This document shows, piece after piece, positions 1 through 9,315 of a DNA stretch of 64,000 bases. The stretch lies in assembly GCA_016930175.1 (NCBI GenBank), contig JAFGHJ010000006.1:1160-65159 (forward strand), in the 5' to 3' direction. This stretch comes from a candidate division WOR-3 bacterium. GTDB lineage: Bacteria > Hydrothermota > UBA3072. The notes beneath the pieces were generated by a model. That model had not been told where the DNA came from. It saw nothing but the letters and a program-made list of their open reading frames with translations, and made no database searches. The position numbers and the translations under genes were made by a program. Within the stretch, counting starts at the first letter, position 1. Each line of letters opens with the position of its first letter.

Positions 1-56
1 ATCTTTTTATCGCTCTTCTTCGCAAGCCCCGCAAGAATCGAAATCGTATCGTACAC
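1..56 (-). CDS. 5' end of an unidentified CDS running off the window
   Basis: GTG (rc of 54-56) lies 4 nt after AGGAGG (rc of 61-66) and 30 nt downstream of the radical SAM stop. Only about 18 codons (VYDTISILAGLAKKSDKK) are visible. Confidence 0.25.
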   Translation of the reverse strand, partial: MYDTISILAGLAKKSDKK

Positions 57-86
57 AAAACCTCCTAAAACATTAAAAACACTTTT

Positions 87-1523
87 CTACTCTGAATCAA
101 TATAATGCTCATTCCAAACAGGATCGGTCAGCTCATGCATTTCTTTATCATAATCTATCAGCCCTTGATTGAATCCATTATCTTTCAAAGCAGCAGCGGC
201 ATCCTCATCTGCCGGATTTACATTATGCTTATTTATAACCTTAAGAAACCTTCCGCGATGATCTCTAATAAAACAGGGCATAATCCAATTCTTGTGTTTA
301 TCAGCCGGCTGCTTATATCCGTATTCATTCTGCCATTCCCTTATATCTTTGAAAAACCCGGAATTTATTACATCGTTTAAATTACGTCCCTCCTTAAAAG
401 CCTTATTTATATTATCTACGGTGTAAGGAACGAAAACACACGGAGTAACATTGCCGTCCCAATTAATATAAAAATAACCGCCGGGTCTGGCTCCCGCGAT
501 ACATCCGTCAGAGCCTGTAGCCGTACTCCAGAAATCAGCCACAAAAATATCTTCTTTGCGCATAAGATGCCATTCCCATTCATACAATCTGGCTCTCTGT
601 TTCGGTGTCGGCATCAAATCAAGAGTGAATTTACGTCCTATTGGCATATACTGGAAAATCCAGGCATACATTGCACCCATTTCCTTGAAGAAAAAGTCCC
701 TGAACTCATCGGAAGTAATCACATCAATATTGTTCCGGGTAGCGGTTACAGACAAACCAAAAGGAACCCCAGCCTTCTTCAGATTATTCATTGCTTTTAA
801 TATTCTTTCGAAAACGCCGGCTCCCCTTCTGTCATCGGTCTCTTTCTTCAACCCTTCGACAGATATAGCTGGAGTGATATTCCCTGATTTTGCCATTCTT
901 CCTGCCACTTCTTTACTAATTAAAGTGCCGTTTGTATACATAAGAAAATATGAATCATTATATTTTTCATAAAAATCGAGAATTGTATTACCATCTTCTT
1001 TGTACAGAAGAGGTTCCCCTCCTGAGACCACAAAGAAACTAGCCCCCCAGAGTCCTTTTGCCTGGTCTATGATTTTAGTCAGCACATCCCAGCTTAAACT
1101 CTCATTAAACTCGGCACCCGAAGCCGCATAGCAACCCTTGCAACGCAGGTTACACTTTTTTGCAGGACTTACAGTAAGAAATACTGGAGGACGTTCGGAA
1201 TACTTCTTAACATATTCCATCCTCTTGTAGAAACCTCCGAAAAAAACGTTACCCAGAAAAACCCGCAGCAAACCATCTACGGCTTCTCTTGACAAATTTC
1301 CTTTTTCTACCGCCCTCTCAATACTGCGAAAAATCGATCTTGCCATATAATACTTGTCTTCCTGAACTTTTAAAGGTCTATTATCCGGATTTTCTTTTAT
1401 CAAATCTGAATATATACGCTTTTCCATACTGCGGATCAGAAAGCCCCTTAATTTCTTTTTATTTATCGCAAAGTTTGCGGTCGATGAGATTGCCTTAAAG
1501 CTTGCCTTTTTAACTAAATCCAT
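87..1523 (-). CDS. radical SAM enzyme with a C-terminal twitch/SPASM-like Cys region and a ~120-aa N-terminal extension; substrate unknown
   Basis: CNLRCKGCY (CxxxCxxC) followed by VVSGGEPLL. Three further Cys lie in GCIAGARPGG...TPCVF...MPCF. The 478-aa ORF fills the interval. Confidence 0.85.
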   Translation of the reverse strand: MDLVKKASFKAISSTANFAINKKKLRGFLIRSMEKRIYSDLIKENPDNRPLKVQEDKYYMARSIFRSIERAVEKGNLSREAVDGLLRVFLGNVFFGGFYKRMEYVKKYSERPPVFLTVSPAKKCNLRCKGCYAASGAEFNESLSWDVLTKIIDQAKGLWGASFFVVSGGEPLLYKEDGNTILDFYEKYNDSYFLMYTNGTLISKEVAGRMAKSGNITPAISVEGLKKETDDRRGAGVFERILKAMNNLKKAGVPFGLSVTATRNNIDVITSDEFRDFFFKEMGAMYAWIFQYMPIGRKFTLDLMPTPKQRARLYEWEWHLMRKEDIFVADFWSTATGSDGCIAGARPGGYFYINWDGNVTPCVFVPYTVDNINKAFKEGRNLNDVINSGFFKDIREWQNEYGYKQPADKHKNWIMPCFIRDHRGRFLKVINKHNVNPADEDAAAALKDNGFNQGLIDYDKEMHELTDPVWNEHYIDSE

Positions 1524-1562
1524 ACATACCTCCCTCCGAAATTTTTGACGTTATAAAAAATT

Positions 1563-1829
1563 TTAAAGATCCAGCTCAAGACCAAAACTTTTAATAAATT
1601 TCTTCAATAAACTTTTGTTCACCTGATAAAAAACCCATCTTTTATACTGTCTCTTTAAAACCAACCCCGCCTCCTCGAGCCTTCTAAGATGATGAGAAAC
1701 AGTAGGTTGAGAAAGTTTTAATGCTTCAACAATTTTCGAAACATTCTTTTCTCCCTTTTTTAGAATCTTAAGTATCCTCATCCTGGTACTATCCGCTAAT
1801 AAATATAGAATATCGTTTACTTCCATCAA
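1563..1829 (-). CDS. ArsR/SmtB family transcriptional regulator
   Basis: 88-aa winged-HTH protein with LADSTRMRILKIL and LSQPTVSHHLRRLEEAGLV motifs. It lies directly upstream of the radical SAM gene on the same strand. Confidence 0.85.
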   Translation of the reverse strand: MMEVNDILYLLADSTRMRILKILKKGEKNVSKIVEALKLSQPTVSHHLRRLEEAGLVLKRQYKRWVFYQVNKSLLKKFIKSFGLELDL

Positions 1830-1886
1830 CCCTCCTATTTTAATATAAACCAGATATATAGATGACCATCTATATATCGTAGATTT

Positions 1887-1914
1887 AGTATAATAACTTT
1901 CAAGGATATGTCAA
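1887..1914 (-). promoter_or_regulatory. sigma70-type promoter for the arsR/radical-SAM operon
   Basis: The minus strand reads TTGACA-16 nt-TATACT, about 50 nt upstream of the arsR start. Confidence 0.5.
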
Positions 1915-1930
1915 GGGGAAGATTACCCTC

Positions 1931-1958
1931 TTGACAAATTTAATAAATATTGTAATCT
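1931..1958 (+). promoter_or_regulatory. sigma70-type promoter for the riboflavin operon
   Basis: TTGACA (1931-1936)-16 nt-TAATCT (1953-1958). The predicted start falls just before the FMN aptamer. Confidence 0.5.
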
Positions 1959-1966
1959 TAAAGTAT

Positions 1967-2074
1967 CTCTTCGGGGTTGGGTGTAATTCCCAACCGGCGG
2001 TGAAAGCCCGCGAGGAGTAATCCTGATTCGGTGGAATTCCGAAGCCGACGGTTAAAGTCCGGATGAGAGAAGAG
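1967..2074 (+). promoter_or_regulatory. FMN riboswitch (RFN element) aptamer
   Basis: P1 is CTCTTC...GAAGAG. Conserved RFN blocks are present: GGGGTTGGGTGTAATTCCCAACCGGCGGT, AGCCCGCGAG, GATTCGGTGGAATTCCGAAGCCGACGGT and AGTCCGGATG. It sits directly upstream of ribD. Confidence 0.9.
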
Positions 2075-2089
2075 AATATACTTAATAAA

Positions 2090-2112
2090 CCCCTAGGAGA
2101 GGGGTTTTTTTT
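2090..2112 (+). terminator. riboswitch expression-platform intrinsic terminator
   Basis: CCCCT-AGGAG-AGGGG hairpin followed by T8. The T-tract abuts the ribD ATG at 2113. Confidence 0.7.
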
Positions 2113-3177
2113 ATGAATAAGTTAGATGAATATTTTTTAAAAGAAGCATTTACCCTTGCCAGAAATGGTGAAGGAATGGTTTCTCCCAATCCTCTTGTAG
2201 GAGCCTGCGTAGTAAAAGAAGGCGTTATTGTAGGCAAAGGATACCATAAAGGCGCGGGGAATCCTCATGCAGAGGTCGAAGCAATAAGAGAAGCGGGGGA
2301 TAAAGCAAAAGGAGCTACTTTATACGTTTCACTCGAACCTTGCGCGCACTATGGAAAAACCCCTCCATGTACCGAGATTATCGAATCAAGCGGAATAGGA
2401 AGGGTCGTTGCTCCGATAAAAGATCCCAATCCTCTCGTAAACGGTAAGGGCTTTAAATATTTAAAAAGCAGAGGTGTCAGGGTCACGACCGGAATTCTTG
2501 AAGAAGAAGCAAAGAATTTGAATTCTTTTTACTTTAAATATATTACCAAGAGAATTCCTTACGTTATTTTAAAAGCGGCCATGACCCTAGACGGAAGGAT
2601 TGGCGACCCCGGAAGAGGCATTTTCAAGATAACTGGGGATCAAGCGCATAAGGAAGTTCATCATCAGCGGAGTAAAGTTGACGCGCTGTTAGTCGGTGCC
2701 GGGACAGTGCTGATAGACGATCCGAGATTAACTGTACGATTAGCAAAAAGCGTCAAACAGCCTTATAAAATAATAATAGATCCGCATTGCCGTACCTCGG
2801 TAAACGCAAGAATTTTTGAAGATGATGGCAAGGTTATTATTGCAACGTCTGATAAGGAAGCGAAAAGAAAATATCCGAATTCAACAATATGGGTTTTTAA
2901 AGAAAACGGCGGCTTGATAGATATTAAAGATATTTTGAAGAGAGCGGGCGAGGAGAAAATAACTTCAATAATGGTAGAAGGAGGCAGCGAAACTTTTACC
3001 CAGTTCATTAAAGCGGGAGAGGTAGATAAATATCTTCTTTTCTTTTCTCCTTCTTTTTTAGGCAAAGGATTTCCATTAATCGATTATCCGTTAAAGAGAG
3101 TTTTTTTGGATGCAAGCGTAAGGAAAATCGGAGAAGATATTTTGATAGAGGCTAATAATGTTTACGGGAATAATTAA
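2113..3177 (+). CDS. ribD: bifunctional diaminohydroxyphosphoribosylaminopyrimidine deaminase / 5-amino-6-(5-phosphoribosylamino)uracil reductase
   Basis: Deaminase zinc motifs HAEVEA and PCAHYGKTPPC, followed by a C-terminal reductase domain. First gene after the FMN riboswitch. Confidence 0.95.
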   Translation: MNKLDEYFLKEAFTLARNGEGMVSPNPLVGACVVKEGVIVGKGYHKGAGNPHAEVEAIREAGDKAKGATLYVSLEPCAHYGKTPPCTEIIESSGIGRVVAPIKDPNPLVNGKGFKYLKSRGVRVTTGILEEEAKNLNSFYFKYITKRIPYVILKAAMTLDGRIGDPGRGIFKITGDQAHKEVHHQRSKVDALLVGAGTVLIDDPRLTVRLAKSVKQPYKIIIDPHCRTSVNARIFEDDGKVIIATSDKEAKRKYPNSTIWVFKENGGLIDIKDILKRAGEEKITSIMVEGGSETFTQFIKAGEVDKYLLFFSPSFLGKGFPLIDYPLKRVFLDASVRKIGEDILIEANNVYGNN

Positions 3178-3739
3178 AAATGTGATCAAGATTGAGCGGT
3201 TAAAAAAAGGAACAGAGGATATCTCTATCCATATTAGACTTCCTTTCCCTGTCAATATCGGAGATAGCCTTTCTATTAACGGTGCCTGTTTGACCGTATC
3301 GCAAATTTTAGGTAATACTTCGATTTTCAATGCTTCCTCCGAGACCGTTGAAAGAAGCAGCCTTTCTCAGCTAAGGATTGGCGATCACTTAAACATTGAA
3401 CAATCACTTAATGTTAACGATTTACTGCATGGGCATCTCGTTTACGGACATATAGATGGCGTGGGGAAGGTTTTAAATATAAAAGAAAAGCCGGACTCGT
3501 CCGAATTCTCAATCGAACATCCTTCAGAGCTCTCAATGTTTATTGCCGAGAAAGGCAGTATTACCCTTGACGGAGTCTCTCTTACGGTTACTGAAGTTAA
3601 TAAAAAAAGCTTCAAAGTTGTTCTGATCAGGCATACATTGTTAAACACTAATTTCAAATATAAAAAGAGAGGAGATGTTTTGAATATAGAAGTAGATCCA
3701 ATGGCAAGATATTTGCAAAGATTAGCGGAGTTTAAATGA
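3158..3739 (+). CDS. ribE: riboflavin synthase
   Basis: N-terminus MFTGIIKNV, duplicated lumazine-binding barrel (SLTV...) and operon context. Confidence 0.9.
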   Translation: MFTGIIKNVIKIERLKKGTEDISIHIRLPFPVNIGDSLSINGACLTVSQILGNTSIFNASSETVERSSLSQLRIGDHLNIEQSLNVNDLLHGHLVYGHIDGVGKVLNIKEKPDSSEFSIEHPSELSMFIAEKGSITLDGVSLTVTEVNKKSFKVVLIRHTLLNTNFKYKKRGDVLNIEVDPMARYLQRLAEFK

Positions 3740-4941
3740 TCAAATTTAGCCCGATAGAAGACACAATTGATGATGTAAAGAAAGGCATACCTCTGATTGT
3801 TGTGGATGACGAAGACAGAGAAAACGAAGGGGATTTTGTTGTGGCTTCGGAAAAAATTACTCCCGAGGTAATAAACTTCATGGCTAAGGAAGGGCGAGGA
3901 TTGATTTGTGTTTCGCTGCTCGAAAAAAGATTGATCGAACTCGACTTGCCTTTGATGACGACAAATATTACCGCTCGCCACGGTACTGCATTTGCTGTTT
4001 CAGTTGACGCCAAGGAAGGAACCAGTACAGGCATAAGCGCATTTGACAGGGCTGTTACCATACAGAAACTTATCGACCCCCGGACAAAACCAACCGATCT
4101 TTCAAGACCCGGTCATGTTTTTCCTATAAAGGCAAAAGAAGGCTGCACTTTAATAAGAGCCGGGCATACTGAAGCTTCTATAGATATCGCGAAAATCGCA
4201 GGCCTATATCCTTCGGCTGTCATTTGCGAGATAATGGATGAAGACGGAACAATGGCGAGATTGCCGCGTCTTCTTGAGATTGCAGAGAGATATAATCTTA
4301 AAGTTGCTACAGTGAAAAGTTTGATAGATTACAGACAAAAAAGGGAAAAACTAATCAACAGGGAAACAGAGGTTGCTTTCCCTACCCATTACGGAAAATT
4401 TACGCTTATTCCGTACACGAATGTAATAGATGATAAGGTACATATTGCTCTTGTCAAAGGAGACGTTGCCAAGAAGAAGGATGTTCTCGTTAGAGTTCAT
4501 TCGGAATGTCTTACAGGCGATACCCTTCGTTCTCTTCGTTGCGATTGCGGAGAACAACTGGTAAACGCCCTAAAAGCTATACAGAAAGAAGGCAGAGGCG
4601 TTTTCCTGTATATGAGGCAGGAAGGTAGAGGAATCGGTTTGTTAAATAAGCTTAAAGCTTATAAACTCCAGGATAAAGGATTCGATACTGTTCAGGCAAA
4701 TGAAAAGCTGGGGTTCAGGACGGACTTGCGTGATTATGGAATAGGAGCTCAGATCCTTAAAGACCTTGGACTGTCTACCATTCGTCTTCTAACCAATAAT
4801 CCGAGAAAGATTGTGGGGTTGGAAGGCCACGGTCTCAAAGTAACTGAAAGAGTTCCGATAGAAACTGAACCGACGGAAGAAAATATTGAATATCTTAAAA
4901 CAAAGAAAAATAAATTAGGTCATACACTTAAAAACGTATAA
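3736..4941 (+). CDS. ribBA: bifunctional 3,4-dihydroxy-2-butanone-4-phosphate synthase / GTP cyclohydrolase II
   Basis: DHBP synthase motif [10 protein letters not shown], and GCH-II motifs [11 protein letters not shown] and CDCG. Confidence 0.95.
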   Translation: MIKFSPIEDTIDDVKKGIPLIVVDDEDRENEGDFVVASEKITPEVINFMAKEGRGLICVSLLEKRLIELDLPLMTTNITARHGTAFAVSVDAKEGTSTGISAFDRAVTIQKLIDPRTKPTDLSRPGHVFPIKAKEGCTLIRAGHTEASIDIAKIAGLYPSAVICEIMDEDGTMARLPRLLEIAERYNLKVATVKSLIDYRQKREKLINRETEVAFPTHYGKFTLIPYTNVIDDKVHIALVKGDVAKKKDVLVRVHSECLTGDTLRSLRCDCGEQLVNALKAIQKEGRGVFLYMRQEGRGIGLLNKLKAYKLQDKGFDTVQANEKLGFRTDLRDYGIGAQILKDLGLSTIRLLTNNPRKIVGLEGHGLKVTERVPIETEPTEENIEYLKTKKNKLGHTLKNV

Positions 4942-4953
4942 GAAGGAGGTCTT

Positions 4954-5418
4954 ATGGAATATAAAGGTCTAATCAAAGGGAAGGGCATTAAAATAGCAAT
5001 TGTTGTAACTCGATTTAATTCTAGGGTAACAGGGGTATTAAAAGAAGGAGCAATAGATTGTCTGACGCGCCACGAAGTTAAGAAAGAAGATATCGACATA
5101 TATTGGGTTCCCGGTTCTTTTGAGCTACCCATGCTTCTTTCCAAAATTGTTAATATTAATAAATACGATGGGTTCTTAGTCCTTGGAGCTTTAATCAGAG
5201 GCGAGACTCCTCATTTTGATCATCTTGCGACGGAAACGACAAAAGGTATAGCTAAGATCGCTCTGGAGATGAAAAAACCTGTAGGGTATGGGGTAATAAC
5301 TGCCGATACCGAAGAACAAGCTCTAAGCAGAGCCGGAATGAAGGTTGGAAATAAAGGATGGGACGCCGCTTTGACAACCCTCGAGATGATAAATCTTTAC
5401 AAAGAAATTAAAAAATGA
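4954..5418 (+). CDS. ribH: 6,7-dimethyl-8-ribityllumazine synthase
   Basis: IAIVVTRFN...VPGSFELP signature, 154 aa, GGAGG Shine-Dalgarno upstream. Confidence 0.95.
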   Translation: MEYKGLIKGKGIKIAIVVTRFNSRVTGVLKEGAIDCLTRHEVKKEDIDIYWVPGSFELPMLLSKIVNINKYDGFLVLGALIRGETPHFDHLATETTKGIAKIALEMKKPVGYGVITADTEEQALSRAGMKVGNKGWDAALTTLEMINLYKEIKK

Positions 5419-5840
5419 ACGCTAAAGGGTCCAGAAGACTAGGCAGGGTTCTTGCAATTCAAGCTTTGTATCCTGCAAGGATAAATTTAAAGTTTTCGCC
5501 GGATTTTCTCGACAAGATTATAGGTTTGAATGGCCAGGACTACAATGAAGATTCCTTATCTTTTGCAAGGACCCTATTGAATCTGGCAGAAGAGCACTTA
5601 GACGAAGCTGACAAATCAATCAAAAACGTTCTTGAAAATTGGGAGTGGGACCGACTCTGCGCTATGGATAGAGCCATTCTCGGAGTAGCCGTATTGGAAC
5701 TGCTTTACTTGCCTGACGTCCCGGCAAGAGTAGTCATCAATGAAGCTATTGAAATAGCAAAGGAGTTTTCAACTGAAAAATCGGGGATATTTGTCAACGG
5801 CATACTTGATTCAATAGCGAGAGAAAAAGGACTTTTATGA
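5415..5840 (+). CDS. nusB: transcription antitermination factor NusB
   Basis: 141 aa with DRAILGVAVLEL and NGILDSIARE motifs. The ribH-nusB linkage is conserved. Confidence 0.9.
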   Translation: MNAKGSRRLGRVLAIQALYPARINLKFSPDFLDKIIGLNGQDYNEDSLSFARTLLNLAEEHLDEADKSIKNVLENWEWDRLCAMDRAILGVAVLELLYLPDVPARVVINEAIEIAKEFSTEKSGIFVNGILDSIAREKGLL

Positions 5841-6568
5841 TATATGCGGTTATTTCCGATATACACGGAAATTTAGAAGCACTTCTTGCTACCTTAGAAA
5901 GCATTAAATCCTACAAAAAAAACATAGATAAGATTATATGTCTGGGAGATATTGTCGGCTACGGCGCAGATCCTAATGAATGCATCAGAATAACAAGAGA
6001 AGTTTCCGATGTTATTCTTGCCGGCAACCACGATTTCGCAGTTTGCGAACAAACAAGTATAGAAAATTTTAATTATTATGCAAAAGCAGCGGTATTGTGG
6101 AGCAGAGACGCCCTGAATAAAGAAGAAATTGATTTTCTTAAAGGGCTACCTCTCAAGTATCAAGAAAAGGGGACCGATTATGTTCATGCTTCCCTGCACC
6201 GACCGGAGTCCTGGAGATATCTTTCCGGGACTTTTGATACACAAATAGATTTTCAGATTATGGAACAGAAGATCCTCTTTGTTGGTCATACTCACGTCCC
6301 GGTAATTTTTGAAAACACCGAAATGGAGATAAAAAGAATAAACGGTCCTGAGTTTTCTCTAAATTCTGACAAGAAATATATCATAAATCCCGGTAGCGTG
6401 GGGCAACCGAGGGACCGGGATCCAAGAGCCTCTTTCTCTATATTTGACTTAGAGAAAAATTTTATTGAGACCATTCGCGTTGAATACGATATTAAAAAAG
6501 CACAGAGAAAAATCCTGGACGCCGGACTCCCTGAAGTCTTAGCTACTCGTTTAAGTTACGGAGGATGA
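5837..6568 (+). CDS. metallophosphoesterase family protein
   Basis: Calcineurin-like motifs SDIHGN, GDIVGYG, GNHD and GHTH. Confidence 0.85.
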   Translation: MIYAVISDIHGNLEALLATLESIKSYKKNIDKIICLGDIVGYGADPNECIRITREVSDVILAGNHDFAVCEQTSIENFNYYAKAAVLWSRDALNKEEIDFLKGLPLKYQEKGTDYVHASLHRPESWRYLSGTFDTQIDFQIMEQKILFVGHTHVPVIFENTEMEIKRINGPEFSLNSDKKYIINPGSVGQPRDRDPRASFSIFDLEKNFIETIRVEYDIKKAQRKILDAGLPEVLATRLSYGG

Positions 6569-6674
6569 TAATAACAAGTTGATCTGTGGGTCGGTTAGTC
6601 TGTTGGTCCGTCTTTTAACCCACCAACACACCCAAGTTCTAACATTCTAACTTTAGTTGTTTTCAAATAACACC

Positions 6675-6702
6675 TTGACAAAGGAAGGGTACTTTTTATC
6701 AT
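6675..6702 (+). promoter_or_regulatory. sigma70-type promoter for maf
   Basis: TTGACA (6675-6680)-16 nt-TATCAT (6697-6702). The maf ATG lies 6 nt downstream. Confidence 0.5.
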
Positions 6703-6708
6703 AATGTT

Positions 6709-7278
6709 ATGCTGATCATTTTAGCTTCTTCTTCAGAAAGAAGGAAGGAGATCCTCAAACAACTAGGAATAAAGACAGAAATTATAGTTCCGGACGTTGA
6801 GGAAACTATTTTAAAGACGCCGGTAGAAACAGTAGTTTGCAATGCCGCAAGAAAAGCCAAATGGGTTTTTGAAAATAAAAAACCAATCAAAAAATCAATT
6901 ATTATAGGTTTCGACACCCTTGTTTTCCTTGAGGGAAAGATACTCGGAAAACCTAAAGACAAAAAAGATTCCGTTAGAATGTTAAAAGATTTGTCTGGCA
7001 AGTGGCACAAAGTATATACAGGAGTCGCTGTCTTAAAAGATGAAGTTTTGTTTCAGGATTACGATGAAAGCGCGGTGAAATTTCATCAATTGACCGATTC
7101 ACAGATTTCATATTATGTTAACTCTGGGCAAAATCTCGATAAGGCCGGCTCTTATGGGATTCAAGATAAAAATATGTCTTTTATAGAAAGCATTGAAGGC
7201 AGTTTTTCCAATGTCATTGGCTTTCCTTTAGAAACGAGCAGAAATATTTTAAAGGAATCCAGCGGAATTACCATATAA
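6709..7278 (+). CDS. maf: Maf-like nucleoside triphosphate pyrophosphatase
   Basis: ILASSSERRKEIL N-terminus and AGSYGIQ motif. Confidence 0.9.
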   Translation: MLIILASSSERRKEILKQLGIKTEIIVPDVEETILKTPVETVVCNAARKAKWVFENKKPIKKSIIIGFDTLVFLEGKILGKPKDKKDSVRMLKDLSGKWHKVYTGVAVLKDEVLFQDYDESAVKFHQLTDSQISYYVNSGQNLDKAGSYGIQDKNMSFIESIEGSFSNVIGFPLETSRNILKESSGITI

Positions 7279-7288
7279 GAAGAAAACT

Positions 7289-8296
7289 ATGATTTGGGCT
7301 GAGACTATTAAATGGTGTGGCGATTACGCAAAATTAATTGATCAGAGAAAGCTGCCTCACGAGGAGGTTTACCTCGATATCAGGACAGCCGAGGATATGT
7401 ACGCAGCAATTAAAAATATGACGATAAGAGGAGCTCCTGCTATCGGAGTGGCAGCCGGCTATGGTATTGCTCTTGCGGCTTTAAATAGTAAGAATAAAAA
7501 GTCCCTTGAAGAAAAGATCGCATTGATAGAATCAACACGGCCAACCGCTCATAATCTATTCTATGCGGTAAATAGAATGAGAAAACTTGTTGAAAAAGAT
7601 ACAGTCGATGCTTCTGCTTTTGTCGCGGAAGCGATCAAAATACATGAAGAAGACAAAAGGCTTTCGGACCTTCTCGGAGAAAACGGCTCTAAATTAATAA
7701 AAGACAACTCTTTATATATGACTATCTGTAATGCCGGTGCTCTTGCAACCGGCGGAATCGGAACTGCTCTGGCTGTTTTCTACAAGGCGAAAGAAGAAGG
7801 TAAAGACATAACTGTTTTCGTTCCGGAAACGAGGCCCATTCTTCAGGGAGCAAGGCTTACTACCTGGGAACTTAAAAAGAATGGGATAAAATCTGTCCTT
7901 ATTGTCGACAGTGCTATTTCACACATACTTAAGACGGAAAATGTCAGCGGTATATTTACAGGTGCGGATAGAATCGCAAGAAATGGTGATACCGCTAATA
8001 AAATAGGGACTTATTCTCTCTCTTTATCTGCAAAAGAAAACTCGGTTCCCTTTTATGTCGTTGCTCCCAGCACAACTTTCGATCTTACCCTAAAAGGAGG
8101 AAAAGATATTCCAATAGAAGAAAGATCTAAAGAAGAGGTGACAGAATTTATGGGATTGCCAACGGCGCCAATTGACATAGCTGTAAAAAATCCCGCTTTT
8201 GACGTTACTCCGCATAAACTAATTAGTGGTATTGTTACCGAAAAAGGAATAATCTATCCTCCGTTTGAGGCAAACATGGGTGTGATTCAATGTTGA
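7289..8296 (+). CDS. mtnA: S-methyl-5-thioribose-1-phosphate isomerase (eIF-2B alpha/beta/delta-like family)
   Basis: IDQRKLP, RGAPAIGV, CNAGALAT and GADRIARNGDTANKIGTY motifs. Confidence 0.85.
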   Translation: MIWAETIKWCGDYAKLIDQRKLPHEEVYLDIRTAEDMYAAIKNMTIRGAPAIGVAAGYGIALAALNSKNKKSLEEKIALIESTRPTAHNLFYAVNRMRKLVEKDTVDASAFVAEAIKIHEEDKRLSDLLGENGSKLIKDNSLYMTICNAGALATGGIGTALAVFYKAKEEGKDITVFVPETRPILQGARLTTWELKKNGIKSVLIVDSAISHILKTENVSGIFTGADRIARNGDTANKIGTYSLSLSAKENSVPFYVVAPSTTFDLTLKGGKDIPIEERSKEEVTEFMGLPTAPIDIAVKNPAFDVTPHKLISGIVTEKGIIYPPFEANMGVIQC

Positions 8297-9315
8297 TATT
8301 CCTTCTGCTTCTTGTTGAGGAGGATATATTTAATCCAATTCTGCCCCCACCGGAAGTAGAACCCGAAGTAGAATGGTTTAAGAGAGTAGAAAAGAACTGG
8401 ATAAATGTAGCTTTAAATAGAGATGTGGATTACAATCTTGTGGAGTTTAAGTTTAAGGAATTAAATCTTGAAAGCCTTAAGAAAAGGGATTTCACGGATC
8501 ATTACACCTTGAAAGCTTCTCTTAAATCCCTGTCTTATAATCTCCAAACCAGCTATATTGAATGGGATAGGGCTCGATTCTCGAAAACAACAGGATGGAA
8601 ATGGCTCTCAGAAGATCAAAGCTATTTCCTCGGATGGTTTGAAACTTTTAGCTCAGGGGATTCAATTACTGCTGATTTAGGTGTACGTTTTTATCAGTTT
8701 TTTGAACCGGTTTTTATTGGAGGATGGGCTAACTATAAGGAAAGTATGGATTATGGAATGATTATGCAGGTTTATTACCTCAGGGGGGAATTGGGGAAGG
8801 AAAGAAAGTGTGTCGGCTTTGTGAACGATTGGGGAGAAATCAAGGTGGGTAGATTCAGGGATAGGTTCCCTACTTACTTTTTCCCAATCGAAGATTTTTT
8901 CCCGAAAGTTATAGTTTTTTATGGTACAAAGATAGACTTTTTCGACTTTAATTTTACAGGGGGAAGAAAATATCTTTATGCGACTGGGAACGATACTCTA
9001 AGTTGGGAAGAAGGTAAAGTTTATTTCGCCAATATCCATATCAATAAGGAAAAATTTGCCCTTCATTTTTTCTATCAAAATAAAGGCGTGCTTAGAGAAT
9101 ACGGAGAAATTAACTTAAATAGCTCCTTGAACATTATTGGCTCGCAGGTAAGTCTAACCGGCCACCTAACCCCAAGGAAATTTATTACAGGTGGATTTTC
9201 TTTATACTTGAGAACAAAAATCTCTCCTTTTTTCTCTATAAGGAATTTATCCTGGTCTCCTGAGGATAATTTCCTGGAACCAGTTTATTATCTGGGGATA
9301 AGATATGCTCAGTGA
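8290..9315 (+). CDS. hypothetical protein, possibly an outer-membrane beta-barrel
   Basis: The ORF fills the gap between mtnA and comEA with short overlaps. Aromatic-rich alternating pattern; no family recognised. Confidence 0.45.
   Translation: MLIFLLLLVEEDIFNPILPPPEVEPEVEWFKRVEKNWINVALNRDVDYNLVEFKFKELNLESLKKRDFTDHYTLKASLKSLSYNLQTSYIEWDRARFSKTTGWKWLSEDQSYFLGWFETFSSGDSITADLGVRFYQFFEPVFIGGWANYKESMDYGMIMQVYYLRGELGKERKCVGFVNDWGEIKVGRFRDRFPTYFFPIEDFFPKVIVFYGTKIDFFDFNFTGGRKYLYATGNDTLSWEEGKVYFANIHINKEKFALHFFYQNKGVLREYGEINLNSSLNIIGSQVSLTGHLTPRKFITGGFSLYLRTKISPFFSIRNLSWSPEDNFLEPVYYLGIRYAQ

Noticed and set aside
105-1498. Several plus-strand ORFs (91, 138, 77 and 69 aa) opposite the radical SAM gene
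   Set aside because: These are shadow ORFs inside a motif-supported 478-aa CDS, and they lack ribosome-binding sites.
3442-4061. Two antisense ORFs (179 aa and 109 aa) inside ribE/ribBA
   Set aside because: They lie fully within well-supported riboflavin genes on the opposite strand and have no recognisable motifs or SD.
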